Source: a virus
Taxonomy: Duplodnaviria; Caudoviricetes
DNA: 55,101 nucleotides
Virus record (IMG/VR): IMGVR_UViG_3300029448_000053
Location: 1-55,101 of that record
Reading direction: 5' to 3' (one strand)
How positions within the stretch are numbered: the first letter of the stretch is position 1; the number at the start of each line of letters is the position of its first letter. Below are positions 35,389-44,713 of the stretch, one piece after another. A program made the translations under genes and the position numbers. The notes under the pieces are model-generated. The model did not search any database. It saw only the letters and a list, made by a program, of their open reading frames with translations, and was not told the origin of the DNA.

Positions 35389-36057
35389 ATGGGCGTAGTA
35401 ATTTTTACCAAAGACGATGAGCGATACCGAACTGGGAATTACTTCGCTATGTATGGCGAACTCACAGTCTCCCCAAGCCTACCACACACTACTTACATTC
35501 TACACATTAACAAGTTCACTGAAAAGGATGCGCTCTATTGGGCAAAAATAGTTCCCTTTAGACTTGTTGTAGTCTCCGATAAAATGCCTAAATTAACAAA
35601 GGCGAGTGAAGAATGTGTCATCCTCGACCAATCAATCAAGACCAGTAAGCCGGACTTCTCTCGCAAAATGAGAGCCGCCTTATGCTGGGCCGACCGAGAC
35701 CGTGCACACACCGCTCTCGGACCTATCCCTCTCCCCTTAGCCAACGCATTCATCAAGGTTAATGTTCACGACATCAACCTCGGTCGCCTCTTGGCTCGAT
35801 GTCGCTATACCCTGCATGACAATTACACTCGTGCCGCTATTGCATACGGCATCAGTCCTATTCGCAATTTTAAATGGCCTTCTAAGAAGGCCAGTAATGA
35901 CTATATAGTGCCGAAAGGTATTAGACAAACAGACAAGCACATAAGCACTATCATAAATAATGATGTGATAGTAGCCAATGAGTTGCGTATCAATGATACC
36001 GCCGCTCTACCTGCTCGTCTAAACAAAACAAAACAGGATGTAATACAATGGGTATGA
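35389..36057 (+). CDS. Hypothetical protein, 222 aa
   Basis: Long ORF in the operon. Confidence 0.65.
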   Translation: MGVVIFTKDDERYRTGNYFAMYGELTVSPSLPHTTYILHINKFTEKDALYWAKIVPFRLVVVSDKMPKLTKASEECVILDQSIKTSKPDFSRKMRAALCWADRDRAHTALGPIPLPLANAFIKVNVHDINLGRLLARCRYTLHDNYTRAAIAYGISPIRNFKWPSKKASNDYIVPKGIRQTDKHISTIINNDVIVANELRINDTAALPARLNKTKQDVIQWV

Positions 36058-36422
36058 TGATGAAACAAAAAGCAATAGATACGGTGTTTGTTTATGGAAC
36101 ACTAAAACAAGGATATACGAACCACTATTTTCTTGAAGACTCCCTTTACTTGGGGGAGTTCAAGACTAATCCTAAGTGGGGCTTATTAGATTTAGGTTTA
36201 TTCCCTGCTATGGTTGTAGGGTCCTTAGAAGTAGAAGGTGAGGCGTATGGTGTCAGTGAGGAAACTCTCGACCGACTCGACCGACTCGAAGGCGTAGAAC
36301 AAGGACTCTACCGACGAAAAAGAATCAGTGTCAACGACAGTCTCGGCAACAGTATCAGTGCTTGGGCATACATTTACAATGCCATTCCTCATAACGAAAC
36401 AACATTATTAGCGGAGTGGTGA
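36048..36422 (+). CDS. Gamma-glutamylcyclotransferase (GGCT/AIG2-like)
   Basis: VFVYGTLKQG, FPAM, VEGEAY, LDRLEG...LYRR, AWAYIY. Confidence 0.9.
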   Translation: MGMMMKQKAIDTVFVYGTLKQGYTNHYFLEDSLYLGEFKTNPKWGLLDLGLFPAMVVGSLEVEGEAYGVSEETLDRLDRLEGVEQGLYRRKRISVNDSLGNSISAWAYIYNAIPHNETTLLAEW

Positions 36423-36616
36423 ACATGGAATACGGTGGCGGTGGATTACTTATCATACTGGGATTCTTATTGATGATTATTATTCCTGTTCTATTCGACC
36501 CCGAATCATATGATTACGGGGGAGCATATCAATTTGATGTCAAGACTACAATGGAGCATGAACAACAAGCAATGCGTTCCGAATCACTTATTTGGATGAA
36601 TCAACAAAATGAGTGA
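36416..36616 (+). CDS. Small single-TM protein
   Basis: GLLIILGFLLMIIIPVLF. Confidence 0.55.
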   Translation: MVNMEYGGGGLLIILGFLLMIIIPVLFDPESYDYGGAYQFDVKTTMEHEQQAMRSESLIWMNQQNE

Positions 36617-37056
36617 GTCTAATAAAGCATCGGCTTTTACCCTTAAGTGTGTCGGGCAACAATAATAACAAGAGGGTTCGACGCGCAATAGTAGAATTGC
36701 TCCTTGAGTATGGACCTGCAACTCGTGAAGAAGTGGCGGAATTACTACAAACATACAAGGGTGTTAAAAATGTCCCTTCTCCTCACAGCCTTAGTGCTCT
36801 CATGTCAAAAAATCCGCAGGTTGTTATCGTGGGCAAACAAAAAGTTGAGATGACTCTTGGGATTAACACCCATCATATGTTGTTTGATATTGACAGACAA
36901 GTAATCAAGACTAAGGATGATTTAATTTTGACTCGCCCTATTTCAGTTATGACTCCCAGTGAACGTAAAGTCGCAATACAGTGTCAAACCTGTGGTCGAA
37001 CTCGAATCATGCCTAAAGAATCAAGCCAATGTATCTCATGCTCTCGACAAGAGTAG
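36613..37056 (+). CDS. Winged-helix protein with C-terminal Zn finger
   Basis: GPATREEVAELL...PSPHSLSALM; CQTC...CISC. Confidence 0.6.
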   Translation: MSLIKHRLLPLSVSGNNNNKRVRRAIVELLLEYGPATREEVAELLQTYKGVKNVPSPHSLSALMSKNPQVVIVGKQKVEMTLGINTHHMLFDIDRQVIKTKDDLILTRPISVMTPSERKVAIQCQTCGRTRIMPKESSQCISCSRQE

Positions 37057-37058
37057 AG

Positions 37059-37071
37059 TTATATAGTGGCG
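37059..37071 (+). promoter_or_regulatory. Promoter motif TTATATAGTGGCG
   Basis: 30 nt before the RFC ATG (leaderless spacing). Confidence 0.75.
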
Positions 37072-37088
37072 TAGACTGATGTTAAGGC

Positions 37089-37991
37089 ATGAGACAAGTA
37101 TGGGCTACCAAGCATCGACCTTCTACTCTCGATGATTTTGTCGGACAGGAACACATGATAGATGAGTTCCGCCGTATTGTTTCCGACAACAATGGTATGC
37201 AACACTACATTTTTTATTCTCCCGAAGCGGGAACAGGCAAAACCTCTCTCGCTCATATACTGGCTAATCAACTTGGCTACACCATTCACATGTATAATGC
37301 GTCGTCTAAAAGACAGCGTGGTATTGATTTCATTGAAGACGAGATAGGGCCGATGGCTCGGCTCGGTCAATGGGAAACAATTTTCTTTTTAGATGAAGCC
37401 GACCAACTTACTGATGCGGCACAGTCGGCACTGAAAGGTGTTATCGAAGGTGCTCAAGGCTACTTCATCCTCACCTGCAACGACTTGACTAAGTTATCGC
37501 CGTGGCTACAATCTCGGTGTCAAGTAAGAACCTTTGAACCCATAGGTGATAGCGAGATGTTTTACCGACTGCACCAAGTAGACGGTAGAGAGGGATTCTT
37601 TACAAACAACGATGACCTTGACAAAATCATAGGTGCCAACAAAGGCGACTTACGAAACGCTATCAATACCCTTCAAGCATACCACACTATGCCGGAGGAG
37701 ACCCGACAACAATTTTTACTCTCAATATCCGAACCCGAAGTCGACGTGCCTAAAATCCTCTCGCTTTGTATCAAAGAGAAGCAGGTAGAAGAGGCAGTGA
37801 AGTGCATGGGCACTCCGGCCAACCTGCGAAAGACAATAGACGCCGTGTTCAATTACGGCATAAACTCCCCCGCTAAACCCGAAAGCAAATTGCTCTTGGT
37901 GGATGCCGCTACACAGGCCCAAAGGGACTTGTTGAGTGGTGTCGAGGCCCACTATGTTATGTGGGACTTTTGCCGGAGACTGGCTGAATAG
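37089..37991 (+). CDS. rfcS: Replication factor C small subunit (clamp loader)
   Basis: WATKHRPSTLDDFVGQ, GTGKTS, NASS, LDEADQLT.AAQSAL, LQSRC, GDLRNAINTLQ. Confidence 0.92.
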   Translation: MRQVWATKHRPSTLDDFVGQEHMIDEFRRIVSDNNGMQHYIFYSPEAGTGKTSLAHILANQLGYTIHMYNASSKRQRGIDFIEDEIGPMARLGQWETIFFLDEADQLTDAAQSALKGVIEGAQGYFILTCNDLTKLSPWLQSRCQVRTFEPIGDSEMFYRLHQVDGREGFFTNNDDLDKIIGANKGDLRNAINTLQAYHTMPEETRQQFLLSISEPEVDVPKILSLCIKEKQVEEAVKCMGTPANLRKTIDAVFNYGINSPAKPESKLLLVDAATQAQRDLLSGVEAHYVMWDFCRRLAE

Positions 37992-37997
37992 GTAGGG

Positions 37998-38010
37998 TTA
38001 TATAGTGGCG
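37998..38010 (+). promoter_or_regulatory. Promoter motif TTATATAGTGGCG
   Basis: Identical 13-mer upstream of the RPA-like gene. Confidence 0.75.
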
Positions 38011-38038
38011 GAGACAGATGGAAATATGAGGTTTTACT

Positions 38039-39229
38039 ATGGTAGATATACAACAGATGATTGAAAGAATAAGCAAAAATGTGAACTGCACACTCGACGC
38101 ACTTAGTGCTCGAATGGACTCCGTGCTCGACGAGAATCGAGCGGCATGGATGGATGCAGGGAAAACAGAAGAAGAGTGCAATATCAATGCACTAAGAATT
38201 GCAGGGCGACAAGTGAAAAGCGAAGGAGAGCGACTAAAGCGTTCCGGCGCAACTCTCTTTGAAGGAATGTTCCTTAGTGCACCACGATACAAAGACTGGG
38301 CCGAGTTCGCATACAAGAAAGCGGCTAAGAGTATTGGCGACTCCGCTATTGCGGATGCTATGGTAGAAGACGGATTGGCAACAGTCTATGAAGACAACAA
38401 TGACGGCACATATACCAAAAAATACAACGGGTCTTTGGCTCGTGGCGAAGCATTCGACCCCGATGTTACTACAACTGACATCTCGGAACTCCCAAAGAAT
38501 ACATATGATGCCGGCAACGGATTACACTTTCACTTGATTTGGGACAAGGCCAGCCCTACATTCCCTTCGGGCGATAAGAACTTCAAGTATGGCAACCCTC
38601 GCCCATTGAGTGAGAAGGACCGTAACTGTATGTTCTTGGGTCGCAAACAAGGTGAGAAGGATATTCAAATCTACTCGATGCGCTTTACTGGTGCGTTGGC
38701 CGAAGTAGACCACCCAACATTTGTAGCAGGAACTATCGCTATGCGACCTGCTCGCAACGGTAACACTGCCTATGCAAAGGCAGGTGTCTCCGCTTTCACA
38801 GTGGATGACTCACTACAAACAATTTTCTCCGACGCACCCGATGCCATGAACTATGATGGTGTCAAGCGACTCGAAGGTGGACTACAAGACATCGAATCCT
38901 TTGTTGGTGGACTCACCGATAAAGAGAAGTGGGATGCTCTCGTTTCTGTTGTTGTTGAAGTGGTTCACATTGACCCACGAGACAACGGTGGCTACATTAT
39001 GACTGTTGGCGACCTTGATATTATGAGTATGGCTGGCACTACGGACATTTATGTCCCTGCCTCCCAAGAATCTCTTGTTGACTTCTCGGTCGGCTCGACT
39101 CTCATGGTGATAGGTCAACCATACATGAGCCGTGATGATGAAGCACGTCTTGTAACTACTGGTTGGTATTGCGCCGAATCTCTTGGTTCCTCCGAAACCT
39201 CCACTACTGATGTTGAGGGGTGGGACTGA
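38039..39229 (+). CDS. Putative RPA-like ssDNA-binding protein (OB folds, acidic tail)
   Basis: Beta-rich C-terminal OB-like domain (VDFSVGSTLMVIGQPY), acidic end DVEGWD, replication context. Confidence 0.55.
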   Translation: MVDIQQMIERISKNVNCTLDALSARMDSVLDENRAAWMDAGKTEEECNINALRIAGRQVKSEGERLKRSGATLFEGMFLSAPRYKDWAEFAYKKAAKSIGDSAIADAMVEDGLATVYEDNNDGTYTKKYNGSLARGEAFDPDVTTTDISELPKNTYDAGNGLHFHLIWDKASPTFPSGDKNFKYGNPRPLSEKDRNCMFLGRKQGEKDIQIYSMRFTGALAEVDHPTFVAGTIAMRPARNGNTAYAKAGVSAFTVDDSLQTIFSDAPDAMNYDGVKRLEGGLQDIESFVGGLTDKEKWDALVSVVVEVVHIDPRDNGGYIMTVGDLDIMSMAGTTDIYVPASQESLVDFSVGSTLMVIGQPYMSRDDEARLVTTGWYCAESLGSSETSTTDVEGWD

Positions 39230-40158
39230 TGGCTTGGGCACAGTCTAAGACCGAGGCGGCACCTGCGAAAGCGGGTGCTACCTACGGGGCCGATTACTAC
39301 CGTGAGTTGTTTGAACAAAAGCGTGATACTCATGCTCCTATTCGCATGGCACTTGTTGGCAAAGAGAACACAGCAAAGACTGGTCTATCTCTTGACCTCG
39401 CACTCAAGCACACGGACAAGCAAATTATTGTCCTCGATTGCGACAACTCCGCACAGAATACAGTTGATTACCTACTCTCTACCAAAGTTGAGGGTGCTGA
39501 GAATATCCGTGTCATCCCTATGATTGATGAGATGGATGACGCTATGTGGAATGATGACAACACTACCGATTGGCTCGCAGTAGTCAAGAAGTTGGAATGG
39601 TTCACTGCCTACTTAGGTGAGAATCACTCCGAGATTGGTGCAGTAGTTATGGATGGCGGCTCTACATTCCTTAAGTGGTGTGAGTTTGTTATGACTGAAC
39701 GCCTACTTGAGCGTGGTGTCATCAAAGACGAGAGTGATAACTTCAATCAGAAAGAATGGCGTGAGCGCAACCGTGTGTTCAAGAGCGTTCTCAACAGGTT
39801 GACTGCTCTCCCTATCCCTTACATTTTCTTTACCTTTCACTTGAAAGACAAGAAGCAATTTATGGACATCGGCAACGGCACTAAAGCCATGATGAAAATT
39901 GGCGAGATTGTTGATTGGGTTGACGGCACACAGCGTTTCGTGAGCCAACAGATTTTACTACGTCGATACACCAAGAAAGGCGACAAGACCGCAGGTGTTG
40001 AGGCTGACAAAAAATTGGGTGAGGATGACTTTGTTATCCGTGCTACGGTTAATGAGATGAAAGGCCGCAACATGGAACACTTGGGCAAACAATATGACTT
40101 GATGAGTGTTGTCAATAGCAAAGTGGCTTGGAATGGACTACCTTTCGGGTGGGACTAA
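39229..40158 (+). CDS. RecA-superfamily P-loop ATPase (Sak4/AAA_24-like)
   Basis: ALVGKENTAKT Walker A, VLDCD, AVVMDG Walker B, IFFTFH. Confidence 0.7.
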   Translation: MAWAQSKTEAAPAKAGATYGADYYRELFEQKRDTHAPIRMALVGKENTAKTGLSLDLALKHTDKQIIVLDCDNSAQNTVDYLLSTKVEGAENIRVIPMIDEMDDAMWNDDNTTDWLAVVKKLEWFTAYLGENHSEIGAVVMDGGSTFLKWCEFVMTERLLERGVIKDESDNFNQKEWRERNRVFKSVLNRLTALPIPYIFFTFHLKDKKQFMDIGNGTKAMMKIGEIVDWVDGTQRFVSQQILLRRYTKKGDKTAGVEADKKLGEDDFVIRATVNEMKGRNMEHLGKQYDLMSVVNSKVAWNGLPFGWD

Positions 40159-40352
40159 TGGCGTTTGAGGCTAAGTTGTTTGAGATGGGTAAAGAATTAA
40201 CCCGTCTACGCTCAAGGATTGCTGACCTTGAAAGCATCATTGATGAGATACCCAATTTGGGTGCTCTCTTTGCCGCAGTTCAAGAACTACAAGAGAAGTA
40301 TGATGCACCAGCCTCCGAGTTCATCCATTATGTCGGAGGTGCTCGACGGTGA
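40158..40352 (+). CDS. Small coiled-coil protein
   Basis: TAATG overlap; heptad pattern. Confidence 0.55.
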   Translation: MAFEAKLFEMGKELTRLRSRIADLESIIDEIPNLGALFAAVQELQEKYDAPASEFIHYVGGARR

Positions 40353-41161
40353 GCGGGGTTAAGGTAGGGTGCAAAGCACTTATTCAATTACTCTCCGCTA
40401 CAAGCAGGGAGCAACACATCAATGGTAAAGCACAGAAGCAGGTTGCTGGGTGCATCCTTACTTTGAATGACAAAGTATTGTCTACTACATCAATTGTCAA
40501 GGATGGCAAAACCTCCCTCTCTCGTTTTTCTATACTCACTGATTCGGAGTTAACTGCCACTATACCAGTTCCCGACATAGAAAGAATGCTGGGTGTTCTA
40601 AAATACCACGGTGATTATGTTACTCTACTTTACAAGTCCGACACTGGCAAAGTGGTAGTTAAGTCAACAAACAAACAGACTACCCTTGTTGGGGGCTTCG
40701 ATTCCAAAGCATTCGCCAATAGCCAAGACACACTCAAAGAGTGGCATAATAAGGCACTTGAGCGTTCCCATCAAATAAAGGGGAATGTCTACAAGACAGG
40801 GGATGGGGATGTAATTACTCCTTTCTTTGTTGCCGAACTTGGTGCCAATGAACTATATGATGCACTTAAATGCGACGGTATCAACGGACAAAAGTTAAAC
40901 CGCTACACCTTCAAGGTAGATAATGGTTCACTATTACTCTCCGTTGGTGATGCTTTTAAGGGCCAAACAACTATTGACTTCGGACCACACACCAGTAAGG
41001 ACTTCGAGGCTACGTTTGAAGGAGGTCTTGAGCATATTGTCAAGCACTACTCAAACGCTATCAAATTATCATTCATGGACTTTAGTGAGTATGCACAGGG
41101 AACTCGCCTATTGCTCACTATGGATAATGGAGACTGGGTATTCCAAGCAGGGGTATTGTAA
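40349..41161 (+). CDS. Putative PCNA-like sliding clamp
   Basis: 270 aa, two-domain alpha/beta pattern, between RFC and PolB. Confidence 0.55.
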   Translation: MSGVKVGCKALIQLLSATSREQHINGKAQKQVAGCILTLNDKVLSTTSIVKDGKTSLSRFSILTDSELTATIPVPDIERMLGVLKYHGDYVTLLYKSDTGKVVVKSTNKQTTLVGGFDSKAFANSQDTLKEWHNKALERSHQIKGNVYKTGDGDVITPFFVAELGANELYDALKCDGINGQKLNRYTFKVDNGSLLLSVGDAFKGQTTIDFGPHTSKDFEATFEGGLEHIVKHYSNAIKLSFMDFSEYAQGTRLLLTMDNGDWVFQAGVL

Positions 41162-41568
41162 TGTCTCTATTTGACACTGGTAAAACCGGTAATAATGGTA
41201 ATGGCTTTAAGAAGGGTAGAAGAGACAGTATAACAGGCTTCACTATCGGCCAAGTGGAGGAGGCATGTGAACATCCTCAATTAAACCGCTGGATTTATAG
41301 AGGCTCGAAAAGACGTAGGCGTATGAGAATGCTATTGTCTCTTATTTGGTATTATGAAATGAAAGAAAATGAGTGGTATACAACAGAACAGATTTGCCAA
41401 ATGTGCTTAGAGCATGATGCGAGGGGAACCTCGGCTATGGTTATCACCAACCAACGGATAGGCACACTATTTAGAGTGTTTATCGCTCGTGGTATGGTGC
41501 AATATCGTGTTGTTCGAGGAAAAAGAGAATACAAAAAAGGTGAAAAAAATGAGAATGAAATGTTATAA
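41161..41568 (+). CDS. Putative winged-helix protein
   Basis: WYTTEQI...TNQRIGTLF...GKREY. Confidence 0.5.
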   Translation: MSLFDTGKTGNNGNGFKKGRRDSITGFTIGQVEEACEHPQLNRWIYRGSKRRRRMRMLLSLIWYYEMKENEWYTTEQICQMCLEHDARGTSAMVITNQRIGTLFRVFIARGMVQYRVVRGKREYKKGEKNENEML

Positions 41569-41881
41569 TTGTAATAAAGAACAAATAGTGAATGAAGTGC
41601 AACCTATGGTAGAAGTAGGCGAGATACGAGAACAGATGATTGCGTGCATCAAGTGCAAATCAGTGTTTAAATTATGCTTAACTCTCAAGTCCCTACGGGA
41701 TGACTACCGAGACCCGCATTGGTTGCGTGAGCACTATGTGGACAAAGGATATTCTATGGCGGCAATAGCCGACATGTGTGCAGTTACTCCAATGACTATT
41801 CAAAACTGGCTAAGACGCCACGACATCGAAACAAGAGGTCGGGGTTATAGGGCTGGTTTAAGTAGTGCCGACGATAAATGA
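41534..41881 (+). CDS. Zn ribbon plus HTH protein
   Basis: CYNC...CIKC; WLREHYVDKGYSMAAIADMCAVTPMTIQNWLRRHDIETR; start uncertain. Confidence 0.7.
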   Translation, partial: KKVKKMRMKCYNCNKEQIVNEVQPMVEVGEIREQMIACIKCKSVFKLCLTLKSLRDDYRDPHWLREHYVDKGYSMAAIADMCAVTPMTIQNWLRRHDIETRGRGYRAGLSSADDK

Positions 41882-41887
41882 TAAAGC

Positions 41888-44110
41888 ATGATAGTAACAC
41901 AGGTTGGCGGTAGAGATATACGCATACGGAGTAGAGACCCCGAAACACTTGAGCGTCAAGACCTAAAGGTCATGGCATACCCCTATTGTTTTTCAAACAA
42001 TGTAGGTGATACCTACGGACTGGTTAAAATCCAAGAAGGATTCGAGGGACTATACGGTCAAAAGTTAAACAAGGTGTATTTTCGCACCGAGTATGACCGA
42101 CGCTTATGGGCTAAAGGAAAAGAGACATGGGAGGCGAATGTAACATTCCCCAACCAAGTGTTGATTGACCGACTCGAAAAGGGCGAAGACCCCATCCCGA
42201 ACTACCAGCACCGTATTTGGTATCTCGATGGTGAATGGAAAACCACCTCCGGTGAAATAACCATGTTGTCGGTGCAGGACTCCTACACAGGTAGACTTTA
42301 TTCTTGGGTTCATCACCCCGACATAAAGGCCGGCGTCTACAAATCTCTCGAAGAATATGATTATGATACTCCAATTAAGGCGTTTGCTAATGAACGTCAA
42401 TTGCTCGCTGATTTTGCCGCACATATGGCAAAACAAGACCCCGATATTATAGCCGGTTGGTATGTGGTTGACGCCGACATTAAACAAATATGCGACCGTA
42501 TGAGAGCAGTGGGATTAGACCCAAAGAGTCTATCCCCATACAACCGACATGACTTCAAATACAACTGGAGCGATAAGCATTGGTCCCAACCGATTGCAGG
42601 TAGGTTATGTTTTGATTTGATGATTGGATTTAAAACATTATGGACTCTAAAGAACGGACAATTAGCGAGTCAAAAATTAGATGATATTGCTTGGCATGTG
42701 CTACAAGAGCGCAAAGTAGAGTTGCCCGACGGACACGACACATACTACTCCGACCCCGTAAAGTATCTCGATTACAACCGACAGGATGTGAGGCTACTAC
42801 CTCGGCTTGATGAAGCAGTGAATGCAACAGGCTACTATACTTCTATGCAACATGTGGTTCAATGTCAACTCGGCATTACTCCTCTCATCACCGCTATGAG
42901 CACGAGCCTATTCCTCCAAGACAATGAGTTTGACTTACGCATTCCCGACTCACCTCAATTTGAGAAGAAGGAGTATGCAGGGGCCGACATTCAAGAACCG
43001 GAGCCGGACCGTTATGAGAACATGGCTATCATGGATATTAAGGCCATGTATCACAGTAATGTAAAATTACATCGGATATGCTGGACCAACCTTAGTGAAG
43101 ACGGGGTGGATTGCGGCAACGGTATCAAGTTCACTCAAAGAGAAGGCTTACTGGGCCGCACTATGGATAAATTAACAATCAAACGTAATGAATACAAGGC
43201 TTTGATGAAGGAGGCTCGTGCCACTGGTGATGAAATCGCCTACAAGAAGTGGGATGGAGCGCAATTTGCTACGAAGTCTATGGTCGCATCCCTCTATGGG
43301 ATATGTGGCGATTCTAAATACGGCATGTATCACCCCGATATAGCCGCCGCTATCACATTCACCTCTCGCCAAACGCTGTTCCGATTACGGGATGAATGCA
43401 ACGAGCGAGGTTATCCTGTTCGATACGGACACACTGATTCAATTTTCTGTGAAGTGCCCTCTCCCGAAGAAGGCATGAAGTTGGTAATTGAAATCAACAA
43501 GTCTATGGCACCTATCGAGACCGAGTTCGAGAAGTGGTGTGAGTCTATGGTTCTCAAGGCTAAGAATCGCTATGCCGGTAAAGTTACATGGACTGATGGC
43601 GAATACCATGAGCCGGACTACTACTACAAGGGACTTGAACTAATACAGGCTCGAATGCCAAAGGCTATGAAATCCGCTATGGACTCCACTCTCCGTGCTA
43701 TTCTTGACGGAAAATCACGGGATGAAGTGGATGAGGACTTGAGTCAATTGATAAGCAAAGGTTTGGCCGGAGAACTTGGTGAGGACTTGTTGATGGTTGG
43801 TAAATTAAAGAAGCGATTGAGTGAATACAAGGTCTTGTCCGGCGCATCGGCAGGTGCATATTGGGCTAAGAAAACCCTCAATAAGAATTACAAAGTCAAT
43901 GAATCATTTTTGACTGCTGTGGATATTAAGGGCCAACATATAGCCTTTGATGACATACAGGATTTGGTGGGGACTACCGAGATTGATTGGTCGGAGATGA
44001 CCGAGAAGTTCATTGTCAATAAGGCATCGAGTATCTATGACCTTGTAGGATGGTCCACTATTGAATTAAACAACGCTCATCGAGGATTGGGTGCTGTTCA
44101 GTGGGTATAA
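41888..44110 (+). CDS. polB: Family B DNA polymerase
   Basis: Exonuclease YLDGE, KLDDIA, YNRQD; polymerase DIKAMYHS, KSMVASLYG, YGHTDS, KNRYAG. Confidence 0.93.
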   Translation: MIVTQVGGRDIRIRSRDPETLERQDLKVMAYPYCFSNNVGDTYGLVKIQEGFEGLYGQKLNKVYFRTEYDRRLWAKGKETWEANVTFPNQVLIDRLEKGEDPIPNYQHRIWYLDGEWKTTSGEITMLSVQDSYTGRLYSWVHHPDIKAGVYKSLEEYDYDTPIKAFANERQLLADFAAHMAKQDPDIIAGWYVVDADIKQICDRMRAVGLDPKSLSPYNRHDFKYNWSDKHWSQPIAGRLCFDLMIGFKTLWTLKNGQLASQKLDDIAWHVLQERKVELPDGHDTYYSDPVKYLDYNRQDVRLLPRLDEAVNATGYYTSMQHVVQCQLGITPLITAMSTSLFLQDNEFDLRIPDSPQFEKKEYAGADIQEPEPDRYENMAIMDIKAMYHSNVKLHRICWTNLSEDGVDCGNGIKFTQREGLLGRTMDKLTIKRNEYKALMKEARATGDEIAYKKWDGAQFATKSMVASLYGICGDSKYGMYHPDIAAAITFTSRQTLFRLRDECNERGYPVRYGHTDSIFCEVPSPEEGMKLVIEINKSMAPIETEFEKWCESMVLKAKNRYAGKVTWTDGEYHEPDYYYKGLELIQARMPKAMKSAMDSTLRAILDGKSRDEVDEDLSQLISKGLAGELGEDLLMVGKLKKRLSEYKVLSGASAGAYWAKKTLNKNYKVNESFLTAVDIKGQHIAFDDIQDLVGTTEIDWSEMTEKFIVNKASSIYDLVGWSTIELNNAHRGLGAVQWV

Positions 44111-44141
44111 CTTATATAGTGGCGTGGATAAAGTGAGTAAT

Positions 44142-44423
44142 ATGACCGAAGAACGGACACCTCGCAAAATGACAACGAAAGAACTTACAGAAGCAGTGCA
44201 TAACATTGGTTCATCACTCAATAGTCTCGCACATGCTCTATCAAACGATATTGCACAGATTATGGGTGTCCTTTCGGGCATCCTTGTTCACATGGACTTA
44301 CTACAAACAATCACATGCCCCTCCTGTGGCAGTGAATTACAGCACCCTAAATTAGAAGGTGTGCCCGAACCAACACATTGTCCTCACTGCGGTAGCGATT
44401 TGGACTTAAATGAAGAAGAATGA
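44142..44423 (+). CDS. Zn-ribbon protein
   Basis: CPSC...CPHC; ATG 30 nt after TTATATAGTGGCG at 44112. Confidence 0.65.
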   Translation: MTEERTPRKMTTKELTEAVHNIGSSLNSLAHALSNDIAQIMGVLSGILVHMDLLQTITCPSCGSELQHPKLEGVPEPTHCPHCGSDLDLNEEE

Positions 44424-44452
44424 TTAAAACACAGACGGGGCGTGGAATAAAT

Positions 44453-44713
44453 ATGGCACGAGTATTGTTAACAAGTATGGATGAAGAATTGGTCGCTAAG
44501 GCTATTGAACTTCACGGTAAAAGAGATGTATATGTCGCAGTAGATGCAACAGTCCTCTCTCGCATGAAGGCACTTGAACTCGGACTTGACACTCACGCAT
44601 TGGTCGGCGTTGACGCCGATGCTTCGACTTACGAAGCATTCCCTGCCCCTACAAAGAAGGCTACAAAGCCTAAGAAAGTAGAGGCGAAGAAGGATGCACC
44701 AAAGTCCGAGTAA
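44453..44713 (+). CDS. Hypothetical protein with Lys-rich tail
   Basis: MARVLL... start (track gives 44420); KKATKPKK tail. Confidence 0.55.
   Translation: MARVLLTSMDEELVAKAIELHGKRDVYVAVDATVLSRMKALELGLDTHALVGVDADASTYEAFPAPTKKATKPKKVEAKKDAPKSE

Noticed and set aside
10374-44110. Inteins or introns in TerL, the helicase, RFC or PolB
   Set aside because: Protein lengths are compact and catalytic motifs are contiguous; no intein termini seen
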